This document shows positions 23,886-37,872 of a stretch of DNA of 64,000 bases, in pieces; the stretch's first letter is position 1, and the number at the start of each line of letters is the position of its first letter. Under the pieces are notes generated by a model. It did not search any database, had not been told where the DNA came from, and saw only the letters and a program-made list of their open reading frames with translations. The DNA is from Tubiluchus corallicola. Taxonomy: Eukaryota > Animalia > Priapulida. Both the position numbers and the translations under genes were made by a program. The DNA lies in assembly GCA_030141605.1 (NCBI GenBank), contig JAQGDQ010000093.1, positions 558,001 through 622,000 of the forward strand, written 5' to 3'.

Positions 23886-24474
23886 AATAAAATTCCACAG
23901 CAGACTTGTTCTGTTACGACCTATGTCACGTTTACAAACCTTACATCAGCTATATGACTGCCATTTTAGGATTTACGAGGACATGAAGAAAAAACAAAAT
24001 TACTTACTGAAGAAAACAAACTAGCTAATATTTGAGAATTTGTCTTCCATGCTTCGTGTTAGACGTAGACCAAAAGTGTATATCAGGCCGAGAAAAACGT
24101 TTGCGCCATTTCATTTTCTTGCATTTAGTAGCCCATCTATCAGTTCCTCCCTTTCATCCTCCCCCCTCCTTAACCCTTTCACGTAGTGGGCGGTGAGGTA
24201 ACGTTTGACCTTTCACTGACTCTTCTGCTGCAGAATAAATTCAATTTCACTGTTCTAAAATAATATTAATGCTATCAGCCGGATGCCGAGGATTTAACAA
24301 AGATTTCCGCGTAATCTCCCAGACTGCTGCCTTACTCCCGTAGAGACAGAGAGTTTTCGCGAAAAATTGAAATAGCGGTATTACAGTATCATTTTGTATT
24401 AAGATAATGCAGCTTTTTGTAAATTTGCAAATTGAATGCTTTTGGACTGCATGGATAGCATTCAACTTAGGTTG

Positions 24475-24648
24475 TGATGACGACGACGACGATGAGGATG
24501 ACGACGACGATGATGATGATGACGTGACGGTGGCGATGGCGGTGATAATGATGACGTGACGGTGGCGATGGCGGTGATAATGACATGACGACAATGGCGC
24601 TGCTGGTGAGGAGTGATGACAATGATTATGGCGATATTGATTTAAGTT

Positions 24649-24700
<52 letters not shown>
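24475..24700. repeat. (GAT/GAC)n microsatellite
   Basis: Directly visible. Confidence 0.9.
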
Positions 24701-24784
24701 CAAAGATGTGATGAAAGTGGAAACACATAAAAACATTGATACCAATGGTTTTGATCACAGTATGGCCTTCTTAGTAAAATACCT

Positions 24785-25345
24785 TAAAGGACGAGTAAGA
24801 TTAGAAACTTAAAAGACAAGAAAAGGGGTACCTGAAGTAGGTTTCAGAAAAATCGTCTTAAAAAATTATATTACTTTACAGCAATTTTATGCACATATCG
24901 TACTCGTGTTGAAAGGAATTTTTGCTTGTTTTCATTTTAAATCTCCTGGAATGCTGCTCCGACCGCGCCATTACATGACGTCATATACGCACAACGTAAA
25001 TCAGGGAAAGAAAAGGAAATGTTAAATTATGTCCAAAAAACTTCCCATGCAAAATTATATTACTTAGCATTTCGCTTACCTGCTTGACAGACTTACGTAA
25101 CTAGAAATATTAATTTAAAATGTTTGTGCCAATTGGTAAACTGTCGCTGGCTCACCATCCACGCTGTACCACTCACTAACCACTGACAAGATACAGTAAT
25201 TTCAAATTTTACTTTTAAAGTAATTTAAAAGTTTTATACAGTTTTACTGCCGACGCAAGCCCTGCATGCAAAAAGGCAGTATGTAAGTGTTATAAAGCTT
25301 GAAGACGAATTTTTAAGCTTTATGTAAGTGGAGGGTTTTCTTGTA
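24785..25345 (+). mobile_element. Kolobok/T2-like MITE family C
   Basis: Starts ttaaaggac; body shared with 32550-33150; right end tttatgtaagtggagg matches the inverted end at 50200. Confidence 0.75.
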
Positions 25346-25699
25346 CCTTAGCGAAGACCTGTAAAAAATCGGCCATTAATCAATTTTAAATTTTTTTCAT
25401 TCTCATTTTAATAACTGATACAAATATGCATACTTGTCATAACTTTCAACTGTCTCGTCTCCATTTGGGTTATAATTGCTTTTTTCAGCGATCCATTACT
25501 GGGTGTGGATGGCAGTCATTACCGCAGTTCTCATGTCTGTGATTAAGAGCCATAGATCACAGCTTAAGAAGGACTTAAAAGCCAGATGTTAACAGCTGCT
25601 GTGGCGAGGGGCTGACGTCCACTTATCTTTTATGCTTACGTATGTGAATCTCTTGAATCTCTATTGTGTCATTTTAATCTCTATTGTATCATTATCTTT

Positions 25700-25707
25700 C
25701 TTCTCTC

Positions 25708-25740
<33 letters not shown>

Positions 25741-25759
25741 TTTCCTCTCTCCCATTCTT

Positions 25760-25796
<37 letters not shown>

Positions 25797-25826
25797 TCTC
25801 TCCCTTTCTTTCTCTCTCTTTCTCTT

Positions 25827-25868
<42 letters not shown>

Positions 25869-25884
25869 CCTCTCTCCCTTTCTT

Positions 25885-25971
<87 letters not shown>

Positions 25972-25975
25972 TCTT
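25700..25975. repeat. (CT)n microsatellite; other GA/CT tracts at about 22430-22533, 27970-28160, 39800-39870, 43013-43100, 48570-48950, 50442-50589, 52290-52364, 53820-54215, 55543-55888, 61137-61500
   Basis: Directly visible. Confidence 0.95.
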
Positions 25976-26728
25976 TCTTTCTCCTTCATATTAAGTAGGA
26001 AGATGTTCAAGCATATAGACAGGACTGGCAGCTATTAGCCACTAGTCAGGCAAATAAGTAAGCAGGTCAGCAGCTGAATAAACTAGTTAACTAGGCAAAC
26101 TCTTATAAATTCCTATAATATATACATGCGTGAAATGACACAGAAAATGGAAAAATAGTATGTGTTTTTCTTATTGAAATTTCTATAATTTATATCTCTG
26201 TAACTGTAGACCGTGGTTTCTGCAATTTTACTTGTTTGATTTCTTTTTTGCTTGCTTGCTCGCTTGCTTGCTTCCTTGTTTGCTCGCTCGTAATGTCGGC
26301 TGTAACTGCAGAAAAAAGAGGAGGCGTTAAATTTATTGTTCTGTCAGAAAAACGGCCTTTCGTTCATTATTGGATGTAACAACTACGGTTTAAAGAAGCC
26401 CCGCCCACCTACCTCTTCCCTGGGGTCGTTCATCTTGAATTTACCATATTTACCGCTTCATATTTTAGCGATGAGTGGGAGAGAAGACATTTTGCCCCGC
26501 TGAGAAACCATCAACACGTCATCTCCTTGTTTTATTTTAGTTAACGTGAGCGACAGGTGTTAGTTGAACCATGCCAGACTCAGCTGTCGTCTGGCGTGTC
26601 TCCAATTCCTAAAACATCCTGTATCGAAGTCAGTTAATCTTTAGCGTTTCTTAGTGTGGGTTTAACGAAAGGAATAATTCCAAAAAAACTGATGTTGTTG
26701 AGTTGTGTTTAGTAAACGTAACTGGACT

Positions 26729-27134
26729 CAGGGTCGTATTGAGCTAAAGGCTAACTAGGCTACAGCCTAGGGCGCCAAAGTTAGAGGGCATCACATTTTA
26801 GAAAAAATTCTTATTCTCCTCGGAAAATGTGTACACTTTTATATTCATGTAAAGGGCACATTTTATAACACACCACAGGCAGTTATAGATTTCAGATTTT
26901 ATATAAGTGCCTCATAACAAGCAGTTGAATCAGCTTGCTAAGGTATAAGTGCTATGCAAATGCATGTAATTAATAATGGAAACGTAGAAACTAAGTTAAT
27001 AGTGTTTGTAATACACCACAAGTAATCATTTAATCTGCATATTACATAAACAACCATAAATTCACAATAGAGATGGGCGGGACTAAGCTATCAGCTTAGG
27101 TCCTAGGACGTCGTAAAGTCTTGATGCGCTACTG
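26729..27134. mobile_element. hAT-like MITE with perfect 8-bp TSD
   Basis: ACTGGACT on both sides; CAG...CTG termini with degenerate TIR. Confidence 0.75.
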
Positions 27135-27319
27135 ACTGGACTGCAAGTATTTTTGCTCTAAAATTTTCTTTTTCATACAAAATCGGCAGATCGAATCCGC
27201 CATTTGGTGTTGTAGAGTTATTGATTTCCTTTGTCAACAAGTAAATTTCCCTAATTCTTTATATTTATATTTATTGTAGGTAATGCCCCGTCTAATGTTT
27301 AATGTTTGTCAATTAGATT

Positions 27320-27594
27320 AAAAATTGGCGACTGAGGTGAGTCAACGACTTTTCACGACTTGGTGAGAATGTTTTAAATAATTAACATTGCCTTCTCTTT
27401 CCCTGATTTAAGCTGTGTGTATATGACGTCACGTAATGGCGCGGTCGTAACAGTATTGCAGGAGATTTAAAATGAAAACAAACAAAAATTCCATTCAACG
27501 CGAGTATGATATATACATAAAATTGTCATAAATTAATATAATTTTCAAGGCCATTTTTCTGATACCTACTTCAGGCTCTTTTCTAGTCCTTTAA
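27320..27594 (-). mobile_element. MITE family C, left portion
   Basis: Ends cctacttcagg...gtcctttaa. Confidence 0.75.
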
Positions 27595-27966
27595 TATTAA
27601 CAACATATGTTGGTTGTTTTTTATTTTTAACGTTTTTCAACGAGTTTTTAAGGGAACATTACGATTTGTTGACTTTAGTCTTATCAACCGCTAGTATCTG
27701 AACGTGTTTTACTACTAAGCAAACAATTTCGGCATGTTTTGAGACGGATATCGCGAGATCTCGCGTGTTTGCATCGTTATCTTGGACAAAACTGCTACCC
27801 ACTAGGTGGTGCTGTCGAAACGACGTTCATTTGTTTATTGTGTCAGTTTAGGCAGGTGCCGTGTATGTGCTTGCCTGCTGAGTGCTGAACTTATTGTTGT
27901 GAGTAGTGTACTACAATTAGTGAATTGGTTGTAGAGAGAGAAGAGAGGGGGAGGAAGGAAGGAAAT

Positions 27967-28036
<70 letters not shown>

Positions 28037-28799
28037 ATAGAGAAAAAGGAGAATGAATCAGAAAGAAAGAGAGGATGTGTGTGTGTGAGCGAGAGAGAGA
28101 GAGAGAAGGAGAGGGTAATTGGAAGAAAGGGAGAGAGAAAGAGACGGCGAGAGAGAGACAGGAGAAATTAGACGAATAAATTAAGAACGCCTCCCTCAAA
28201 ACCATCTAAAACAGTGAAACCTGTAAAAGCCTAGTTCACACAGCTAGTTGGTCCACAAACTACTGCCTTCAGAAATTTTAACGTTTTCTACTTTGTTAAC
28301 GTTTAAAATGATGTTTATTCTTGAGCAAAAATTCTAAAAAATGTGATAGAGCGTAAAAAACGTGACAACTGTAAATTTTTTCTCTTGTTTCTATTTTTTC
28401 TATTTTTATTTTTTTTCATTTTTATTACATTGTATTTAATTCACTTTGGTATTTGTATTTTATATTGTCTTAGCTACTGGAATAAAAGTTTGAATTAAAT
28501 ACAAAATGTTTTGTGAAGCCATCTTTGAACAGGTTTTTCATGTTTGTGGCTTCTCAGGCTTCGTAAAAAAGCCTCTCAGCTGGATTAGAGAGAATTCATC
28601 CACCCAATTCTCCCCGGAGAACAGCCTCTTAATCTTCTCTAGTTTTTGTAACAACTGTGACGTTGGGATTAAGAAAACACGCCAGTTGGCGGGCGGAAAC
28701 TGCACTACTTCATGAATGTCTGGCTAAAAGGCTGTGTGTGTTTATAGCTCTTGAATAGTGTAGTCAAAGGACTTTTTCTGATGCAACAAATTGGTAATC

Positions 28800-28876
28800 G
28801 TCGTCGTTATCACCATCACCATCGCCATCTTCATCGTCATCATCATCATCATCATTATCATCATCATCACCACCAC

Positions 28877-28909
<33 letters not shown>

Positions 28910-29021
28910 TATCCTCATCATAATCCTCATCATTGCCGCCATCACCGCCATCATCATTGTCATCATCATCATTATCATCATCACATCATCATCACCATCA
29001 TCATCGTCGTCATCATTATTG

Positions 29022-29055
<34 letters not shown>

Positions 29056-29230
29056 TATCATCACATCATCATCCTCATCATCGCCGTCATCATCATTGTC
29101 ATTGTTATCCTCCTGCTCCTCCTCCTCCTCCTCCTCCTCCTCCTCATCATCATCATCATCTTCCCTCATCAGTCATCATCATCATCACCACCACCATCAC
29201 TGTCGTTGTCACCATCACCAAGATCATTAT
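28800..29230. repeat. (CAT)n compound microsatellite; related triplet tracts at about 31050-31310, 43850-44290, 49350-49625, 63400-63820
   Basis: Directly visible. Confidence 0.95.
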
Positions 29231-30605
29231 CACAACCTAAATCTCCTTTATGATTCCCTTGACTATGTCCATCTCCATCGCCATTGCTGTCGTCGTTTCG
29301 TCGTTTTGATCTGTTTATTTGTTTGGAAATGCTGATTGATTTCAGTATCGTTGCCGTCGTCGTCCGTCGCCGTCACACAATAATGAACATTAGGCGTCAA
29401 GTTGTTGGCTTGTTTTCGTCCTTGTCTGCTTGAGCTCTTCTGCAGAACTTTCTAATTTATCCAGTAATTTGTCAAAAGTACAGGCTGGTCAGAAAAGCTG
29501 ATGACTACCGCACCTGTGCCTCAGTTGTTTCACATGATTGCGTGTGAATAGACCTTTACAACTCGTTTCTGAAATTCATGTAACGTAAACCCGAGTGCAT
29601 TAAGCTACATGATAAATCCCATAATGCCACCAATAGTGAAAGAAACTTCCATTAAGCTTTTACAGGTTCTGATAAAGCAGAAAATTGTAGTAGCAAATCA
29701 GGGTGTCTGATTTGAAGACGAAATATAAGGTTATACAAATATGAACGGGAGATGGAAAATTGGGTTTTAATAGCATTTACTGAGAGAACAATGTGCAGGA
29801 AAAATGTACTGCAATCAATGGCTGCCATGTTCCAACTCAATATTGTAGTGTTTTATACGTCATTCTATAAAAAAATAAAAAGGGCCATTTTACAAATCTG
29901 CATTTAACTGCAGGCTGCGATAAGCATAGTTACGTTTGATAGTCAAATTAATCAACTTTATATTAAGCTGAAATATCAAATTAACTGCGCTCAATCAGTC
30001 CAATAAACTTGTTATTGTAAATTGTAAATCTGTAATTCTGTAGTTCTAGACTTTAGTGGACACAATATCACGCGGTAAATAAACCTAATTTGGTAATTTA
30101 CTAATTTATACGACGTGCTATCAAATTGTTATTCATTAAACTAAAATGTTCAAAGTGATCAGTTCATAATTATTCAAAATGATACAAAATGATGTATTTA
30201 CTTACATCGTATGTCTCCATAAAGCAAATCTAGCATTTCAATATACCTGACAAATTATGCCAGTATGATACTGCGAAAGACTACTTTTAAAGAAGTCTGT
30301 TAACGTCTAGCAACTAACTCACTTGCCCAGGTGGAAACAGATCTGCACAGGTGAGTGACCGTGGTCACGTGACCAACGAGATACTTGGCGAAATTCCCTA
30401 CAAAAACTTTATTTAGTTATATTTCTTTATATTTTATTTTATTTAAATGTGAAAAAGCTCTCACGAGGCTTCTCTTTTCTAACATGAATAAAACGTCGAG
30501 CGTCCTTAATTGTGTAGTGAGAACCCCTTCACGAAACACGTGACGTAAGTATGACAATTATTATTTCTTTATTTCAAGAGATTTCGCCCTAACGGGTCTC
30601 GTCAG

Positions 30606-30801
30606 CTGAATAGACTAGTGTTGCCATGCCTCTGCTATGCCTTGTGACGCCATCTACCGAATTTTTATTTAGCTTAACCAAATGTAATAACGCAACTAAT
30701 CATTGTCATACTGGTCATAATACATTTGGTTAAGCTAAATAGAAATTCGGTAGATGGCGTCACAAGGCATAGCAGAGGCATGGCAACACAAGTCTATTCA
30801 G
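30606..30801. mobile_element. Foldback MITE, about 81-bp near-perfect inverted arms with about 34-bp spacer
   Basis: ctgaatagactagtgttgccatgcctctgctatgccttgtgacgccatctaccgaattt...aaccaaatgta is mirrored with about 2 mismatches. Confidence 0.9.
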
Positions 30802-32549
30802 GTTAATCTGTCGTTATTGTTTTTCCTAAGCGCTTCAAGATAGCTTTTGTCAGTGTTTTCTAAGATAGACTTGGAAATATTCCCACTATCGTTAATGTTT
30901 TGTTTAGAACTTGGCTGAACAGGCCCACTCAACTTGTACAACTCGAGCAATTTCTAGAGCATTACAGATCTAATTATTAATTAGCTATAATTCACGTTTT
31001 TGTCTTCTGGTTCTTAAATTTGTTCTCTTTTTCTTTATGACCGGTATATGACGATGATGTTGTTGTTGATGATGATGATGGTGGTGATGATGCTGATGCT
31101 GCTGCTGATGATGATGACGATGAAGATGATGATGATGATGATGATGATAAAGTTGTTGTTGTTGTTGTTGTTTTTGTTCTTGCTCTTGTTGTTCTTCTTG
31201 TTATTCTTCTTCGTGTTATTTTTGTTGTTCTTCTTCGTGTTTTTCCTGTTGTTCTTGGTCTTCGTGTTCCTGTTTTTCTTGTTCTTGCTCTTGTTGCTGT
31301 TGTTGCCGTCTTTGCTACTTTAATTTGTCGACACTTAGTGTTACGCAAACAACGCATGAGGGCGCCCCACTGAATGGTAATCCAGGAAAAATCTCCCTTT
31401 TACGTGGTGACACGTTCGCAATCATTTTCTAATGATATTATTTTATTATGTCCATAGGCGTCGCTGGAGTTCTCGTAAAAACATTTTAGTCTGTTCATTG
31501 TGTTAACATGGACTGAGTAAAGCTTTTATGGGGCAGTCTGGCGCGACTTGGTTTTGTGTTTTTGGGCGGGAATCATGAAAAATGTTGCTGACTTCGTTAC
31601 GGCCAGTATAAAGCAAACTCGTGTCAGTTAAATTGCTTCAACTGTGTGAGTTGTATTATTTTGGACTTGGATTAGTTGCTTTTAACTTCTTCTGTACTTG
31701 GAATGATGAGTTTTGTTCTCATCGAAACGTTTAACACGGTTCACATTTAAACTGTTAACAGTATGAATGAGAATAAGAACGAGAACAACAACTAGAGTAA
31801 AAACAGGAATGAGATGGGAGCGAGAATGACAGTGAGAACAGAAATAATAACAATAAGGGCAAAAACAGCAACAGCAACAGGAACAGAAACAGCACAGTAA
31901 CAGGAACGGAAACGCGAATGGGAACGAGAATAAGAATAAGAATAACGAGAACGAGAACAGGAATAAGAACAGCACAGTAACAGGAACGGAAACGGGAATG
32001 GAAACGAGAATAAGAATAAGAATAACGAGAACGAGAACAAGGACAGGTCAACATGAACCAGAACAAGAATTTCGCCATGATGGTTATATAAAAATTACAA
32101 AGATGGTTTATATTTAAATAGATCACACAATGCAGAAGACGAAGAGACAGGCTATATCTATTTGCACTCCGAAACAATTTGCCGTTTTTCTCATTGTAAC
32201 TATTAATGACGAAAAGATGAGCAATGTTAGAGTTTTTTGTCCTATTTTTTTATATATAAACTTTATATATTTTAAGCGGATAGACATAGAGTAATATTAC
32301 TGATCGGAGTTTTTCCACTGTGCAACAAATACATTTAGTTGAGAACAGATATATACGATTGGTTATCAAGAAAATAGTTACATAGGTAGTTAGTTAAAAA
32401 AAAACAAGGGTCTTATTTTAGCCGTATCACTAAAAATTATACCATTTAATTTGTAGAATTTTCACTATAATTTGGTAGTTTTATCTCAGCGTAAGCGTTC
32501 TGCACAATGTAAATTTGTCTTAGTTTTGCAAATACCACTATTGTAAAGT

Positions 32550-33150
32550 TTAAAGGACAAGAAAAGAGATAGCTGAAGTAGGCTTCAGGAAAATCGCCTT
32601 AAAAATTATATTATTTTCTAGCAATTTTGTGCATATCTCGTACTCGCGTTGAAAGGAAATTTTATTTGTTTTCATTTTAAAGACGTCATACAGGCACAAC
32701 GTAGATCAGGGGAAGAAAAGCAATGTTAAATTATATCCCAAAAAACTTTCCATGCAAATGTACATTACTTAGTATTTCACTTACCTGCTTAACTAGAAAG
32801 TAAATTATTAATTATTTAAAATGTTTTCACCGATTGGTAAAATGTCGCTGAATCACCTCCAGGGTGCACCACTCACTAACCAAACACATGTTTTTAATCT
32901 TACTGACAAGATACTGATTTCAGACAATATCATTTGAAATTTTACTTAATTAGCAAAATGTTTGCTACGAATGCTCTGAATATTTTTTCAAACGTTGCTC
33001 AAAGTTATCTAAACTTGTTTCAAACGACCTACCATTAAAATGGCTGCGTCTAATGGTCGTCGCGGCAGTTTAAACTTAGAGGTTTTATACAGCGTTAGTG
33101 CCGACGCAAACTCTGTATGCAAATGGCAGTACGTGAATGATATAAAACAG
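32550..33150 (+). mobile_element. MITE family C
   Basis: Starts ttaaaggacaagaaaag...ctgaagtagg; body match. Confidence 0.8.
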
Positions 33151-33674
33151 CAAGACACGTCACACTAGTCACGTGACACTAGTTACAAAATGGCCGCCAG
33201 CTTTGCGAAATTTTAATAAAAAAGATCGTTGAAATTGCGTTTTTCTCTCTAAGAGGTAATAAAGACGTGAATGGGGAATTAGGATGCGGCAATTAACGTA
33301 AAACTCGTTAACTCCTTCATCCCGGATTTTTGCAATGAAGAAGCTGGACTTAATGAATAATTATCCCACGTTAATTGCCCATCAAGACACTCGACTTCAT
33401 TATCTCATAATGGCCGGTACATTATAAAAAGAGGCGACAGAAATTCGCCCATTCCTATAGCTGATGTTGGATCTCCGCTGGTTGATCGATTTCTGATTTT
33501 TTGCTCAATTTGTTAAACTGTTTCTCATTGTTGTGAAAATAGCTAATTTTTCGGAAATTTTCGCGGAAGTTTATCGGTTTTTTAATGGGTTCATAATCAC
33601 TTACTGTTGAAATACTGAATCAAACAACCGAACATTAAATTGAAAATAAAAATGGAATTTCTGTCTACTAAGGA

Positions 33675-33770
33675 GAAAATTGTTGCATTCTGTATAAAGA
33701 AAATTGTTGCATGCTATATAAGGAAAAGTGTTGCATGCTGTATAAGGAAAATTGTTGCATGTTGTATAAT
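33675..33770. repeat. 24-bp minisatellite, four copies
   Basis: Unit gaaaattgttgcatgctgtataag. Confidence 0.9.
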
Positions 33771-33919
33771 TTCTAATTTATTAGGTGAGAACGTATTTTT
33801 GTAAATATTTTAGAACGTTTAATTTTTTAGCAAAAGGGGGAACGTAATTATTGGGCGACTGAAAACCCTGGTGTTTTAAAGCTCAGTTCAGCATTTCGCG
33901 AGGTGTAAATATGTGATTG

Positions 33920-34376
33920 TTAAAGGAAAATCGGATGATTTGTTAAATGAAAGCTTAGATTAAATAATATTTACCTCGGATACTCAAATTTCGTTGAACT
34001 TTCAAAGCTACGCGCGGCTCAGTGAATTTACTAAGATTGGCAACGGCACTTTTTTATCACGTGCGCGTCGCCGAAAAATAGAAGGCGGTACCGCGATAAG
34101 CATGATCATGAACTGCTGTGTTAGTTTCTGACGTCACATGATGTAGAGCCCATTTTTTGTGAAATCATGCGTTTAAACAGTACTGTAACACTTGTGCAAA
34201 TGTGCTTGATGCGCAAGGGAAGACGGCTGCCATTGCACAAACTGTGGTTAGTTTCTGACGTGAGCAATAGCTGTCTTCGGTTGCCGTCAACTAACTTTCT
34301 AAGCTAATTATCCAAATATAAGAAACAATTGTTAACTTTTATAGGCAAGAAAAAGTATATTTTGGATTTCCTTTAA
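33920..34376 (+). mobile_element. MITE family B
   Basis: ttaaaggaaaatcggatga ... ggatttcctttaa. Confidence 0.8.
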
Positions 34377-35399
34377 TATCGAAATTCCGTTTATAGATTT
34401 TTACATTTTTAATTGATAATTAATAATAAATAAATAATAATTAATAATAGATAAAAATAATTAAATTACATCAAAATAGAATTTATTGCCAACCGGTTTC
34501 GAATGAAACTTTTCATTGTCAAGGTATTTGAAACAAAGAAATTTACCAGAATTTGGAAATAACACCGCAATACAAACAAGCAAGCAAATAAACAAGCAAA
34601 CAAGCAAACAAGTAAGCAAGCAAGCTAACAAGGAAACAAGCAAGGAACACAAGGCAACAAGCAAGCAAACAAGAAAACAAGCAAGCAAACAGACAAGCAA
34701 ACAAGCAAGCAAGCAAACAAACAAACAAGCAAACAATGAAACAAGCAAGGAAACAATTCAACAAACAAGCAAGGAAACAATTCAACAAACAAGCAAGCAA
34801 ACAAACAAGTTAACAAGTAAACAAACAAACAAACAAACAAGCAAACCTTTAAACAAAGAAACAGGCAAAAAATGAAAACATAATTAAATAAACGAAGGAA
34901 GAAAAAAAGAAAAAAGATAGCAAGAAAGAAGAAAAAAGAAGGAAGAAAGAAAGACATAAAAAGTAAGAAAGAAAGAAACAAAGAAAGACAATACAATCCT
35001 AAAGATTGCGATTAATACTGTACTTCAGTATTCTATCTTTGTATATTTTATTGTAAGTACATTATAAATTATAATACTTACAAACACATTTTTACAAAAA
35101 AAGACTTTCTTTACAAAGAGTTAGGGTTTGTTATCTAAAAGTCTAGAATCCTTTTGAGTTTCTTCACAACGATGTCCATAAATTGTCCTCCTTCCAGACC
35201 ATTGGCATTAACGTTCAATTGTGATCCTGAAATTTAAAATAAATTCAGACTTTCCCGTGAAATGAAGCTGAACAAATTTCTCGAGCATCTATGGAATTGG
35301 ACACAAGTTGTTGTCATAAAACATGGCTTCTTGATTGGACAAGTGGAAATTCTAGGTTATTGTGAAAGGGGCTGATGTTGAAGCTACCAATAGAGGAAT

Positions 35400-35798
35400 C
35401 AGGTTGGATTATCTTATAAGCTAGTATAGGTTGCAGGCTATGGCCTCTCAAACTTGAGGGCATGATAAAAGATTTTTAAATATATTTTTTTTGAAAAACG
35501 AGTATAATATTTTATTATTTGCAATAAATAGTAAAATAGAGGTATTTCTTAAACAGTATTTTTATTGACAAACAAAAGACAGCTATTCTAGTTCATTAAA
35601 GACTTTGCAATAAGTTTTGCCTCAAGCTGTGTAAATGTTGCTAAAATATATCAGGACTACAAAATGTTCAAGGCGTGTGCACGCGAGGTAGACGGCGGCT
35701 CCATCTGAGGGGGTGCAAGGCAGTTAGAGGGTGGCTCCATCTGAGGGGCCCACAATTTCATTAGACTTGAGGCCCTGAAAGGTCACAATCCGGCCCTG
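35400..35798. mobile_element. Probable hAT-like MITE
   Basis: Termini caggttggatt / aatccggccctg; TSD not convincing. Confidence 0.45.
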
Positions 35799-35863
35799 TA
35801 GAAGGGTGATTTCAAAGCAATTATAAACATTTAAGTGTTTTAAAATGTGTTACATAGTTTGTG

Positions 35864-36430
35864 TTAAAGGAAGACAAGATGAATTTTCATATACTACCTT
35901 ATTTTCAGGTACGATAAAAAAGTATACATTTAAATACAATTAATACTGCAAAAGCGTTTATGATAATTAAATAATAGATTAAAAACTTAATTAACGGCGG
36001 GCGAGCCCAACTATTGATGACGTCACAAACGAACATAATCGTCAACAGCAGAAATATTCCACGAGCGTGTTGCAAGTGTTTGCGAAAGAGAAAATTGAAG
36101 TACAGTGCTACTGTAAGATATTCAGCGTTTTGTACTAAAACTAGGCAAGTTTTAAGGTAAAAACTCAAATTTCAAATTTACCGCTGTGCTCACACATGAG
36201 CTGTCGAACGTGTGTAGTGCGTCACAAACTAACACATTGGAACTGAGAGGTACAGCACCTGTTGTTGTGCAATACGTTTCCGAAATGCTGGTGCTAATGC
36301 CCGTCTAACCAGCGAAATGTGAAATGCAAGTAACAGTGAAGAACTAGAGGCGCGAACGTGAAATTGTGTTTGTGTGTTAGTCATTTTTGTCTTGACCTGC
36401 AGTTTAAGATTGGATCCGTTTTTGCTTTAA
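35864..36430 (+). mobile_element. MITE family A
   Basis: ttaaaggaagacaagatga ... tccgtttttgctttaa. Confidence 0.85.
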
Positions 36431-37269
36431 TAGAAGCTGTAAGATACCCTGTTCCGTTGCGTTACAAGTTTGAGCTTTTAGCAATAATGATCAGAAAACA
36501 CCCTACATAATTAAGTATTAGTAATACGTTTTTTTAAATTTGCAGTTTCATTTAAGATGAAGATGATGAAAATTATTTGTTTATTATATAAAATTCCCCT
36601 TTCTTTCCCTTTAAATGTAGAAATGTTACGAAATTTGTTAATTTCACGGGTCGTTGTGATTTCCTAATCTTTCCTTGTTTGTTTTCCAGGATTACAAAAT
36701 TTTCTCACTTGTACAATTGGTAAGTTATCTCACTTTATTTAATTTTTTATTTAAGACGCATATCTTAAAGGAAAAGTCAAGCTTTCTGGGAAGTTGTTCT
36801 TATTTCAATGTTTACGAATAATGTTAGAAGGATTTAGCAATAAAAGTGCGATAGAGCTTGTATAATTTAAAGTCGGGTGCTCCTATTTTGGGCGCAATTG
36901 GGCACAGTTGGGCGCTCCTATTTAGGGCGCAAACTGTTTGTCAACTGCTAAAGTCTTGTGCTACTATACTATACTGTGTTATGTCTATTATAATTGTTTA
37001 AGGCAGTTTCATTTTAGTTCATCGGTTGTTTTGAATACACTAACAAAAGGCTTTAAGTAAATTAGATATTGATTAGACATATATTTCTTTAGCTGCTAAC
37101 ACAATTTTTATTATAACATTATAATAATGTATATAATTATTAATCATGACTCGCAACAAGCTGCTAACAGTGTCACTCGTAAAAATAGGGGTGGTTGCTT
37201 TTGGTCTTTCGTCACCCCGTTTCAATCTTAAAGAAATATTATATGTGTAACTTTAAATGAGACTAATAA

Positions 37270-37872
37270 AATCTGATCTAATCTAACCTCATCTCATCTC
37301 ATCTCATCTCATCTCATCTCATCTCATCTCATCTCATCTCATCTCATCTCATCTCATCTCATCTCATCTCATCTCATCTCATCTCATCTCATCTCATCTC
37401 ATCTCATCTCATCTCATCTCATATCATCTCATCTCATCTCATCTCATCTCATCTCATCTCATCTCATCTCATCTCATCTCATCTCATCTCATCTCATCTC
37501 ATCTCATCTCATCTCATCTCATCTCATCTCATCTCATCTCATCTCATCTCATCTCATCTCATCTCATCCATCTCATCTCATCTCATCTCACCTCACCTCA
37601 CCTCACCTCACCTCACCTAACCTAACCTAACCTAACCTAACCTAACCTAACCTAACCTAACCTAACCTAAACTAATCGAATCGAATCGAATCGAATCTCA
37701 CCTCACCTCGCCTCGCCTCGCCTCGCCTCGCCTCGTCTCGTCTCATGCCATCCCATCCCATCCCATCCCATCCCATCCCATCCCATCATATACAACCCAA
37801 CCCAACCCAACCCAACCCAACCTAACCTAAAATAACCTAATCTAACCTAACCTAACCCACCTAACCTAACCT
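37270..37872. repeat. Compound pentanucleotide array, mainly (ATCTC)n
   Basis: Directly visible. Confidence 0.95.

Noticed and set aside
37615-37670. (CCTAA)n as a TTAGG telomeric or interstitial telomere repeat
   Set aside because: It is one block in a pentamer array and derives from the neighbouring ACCTC block by a single change.
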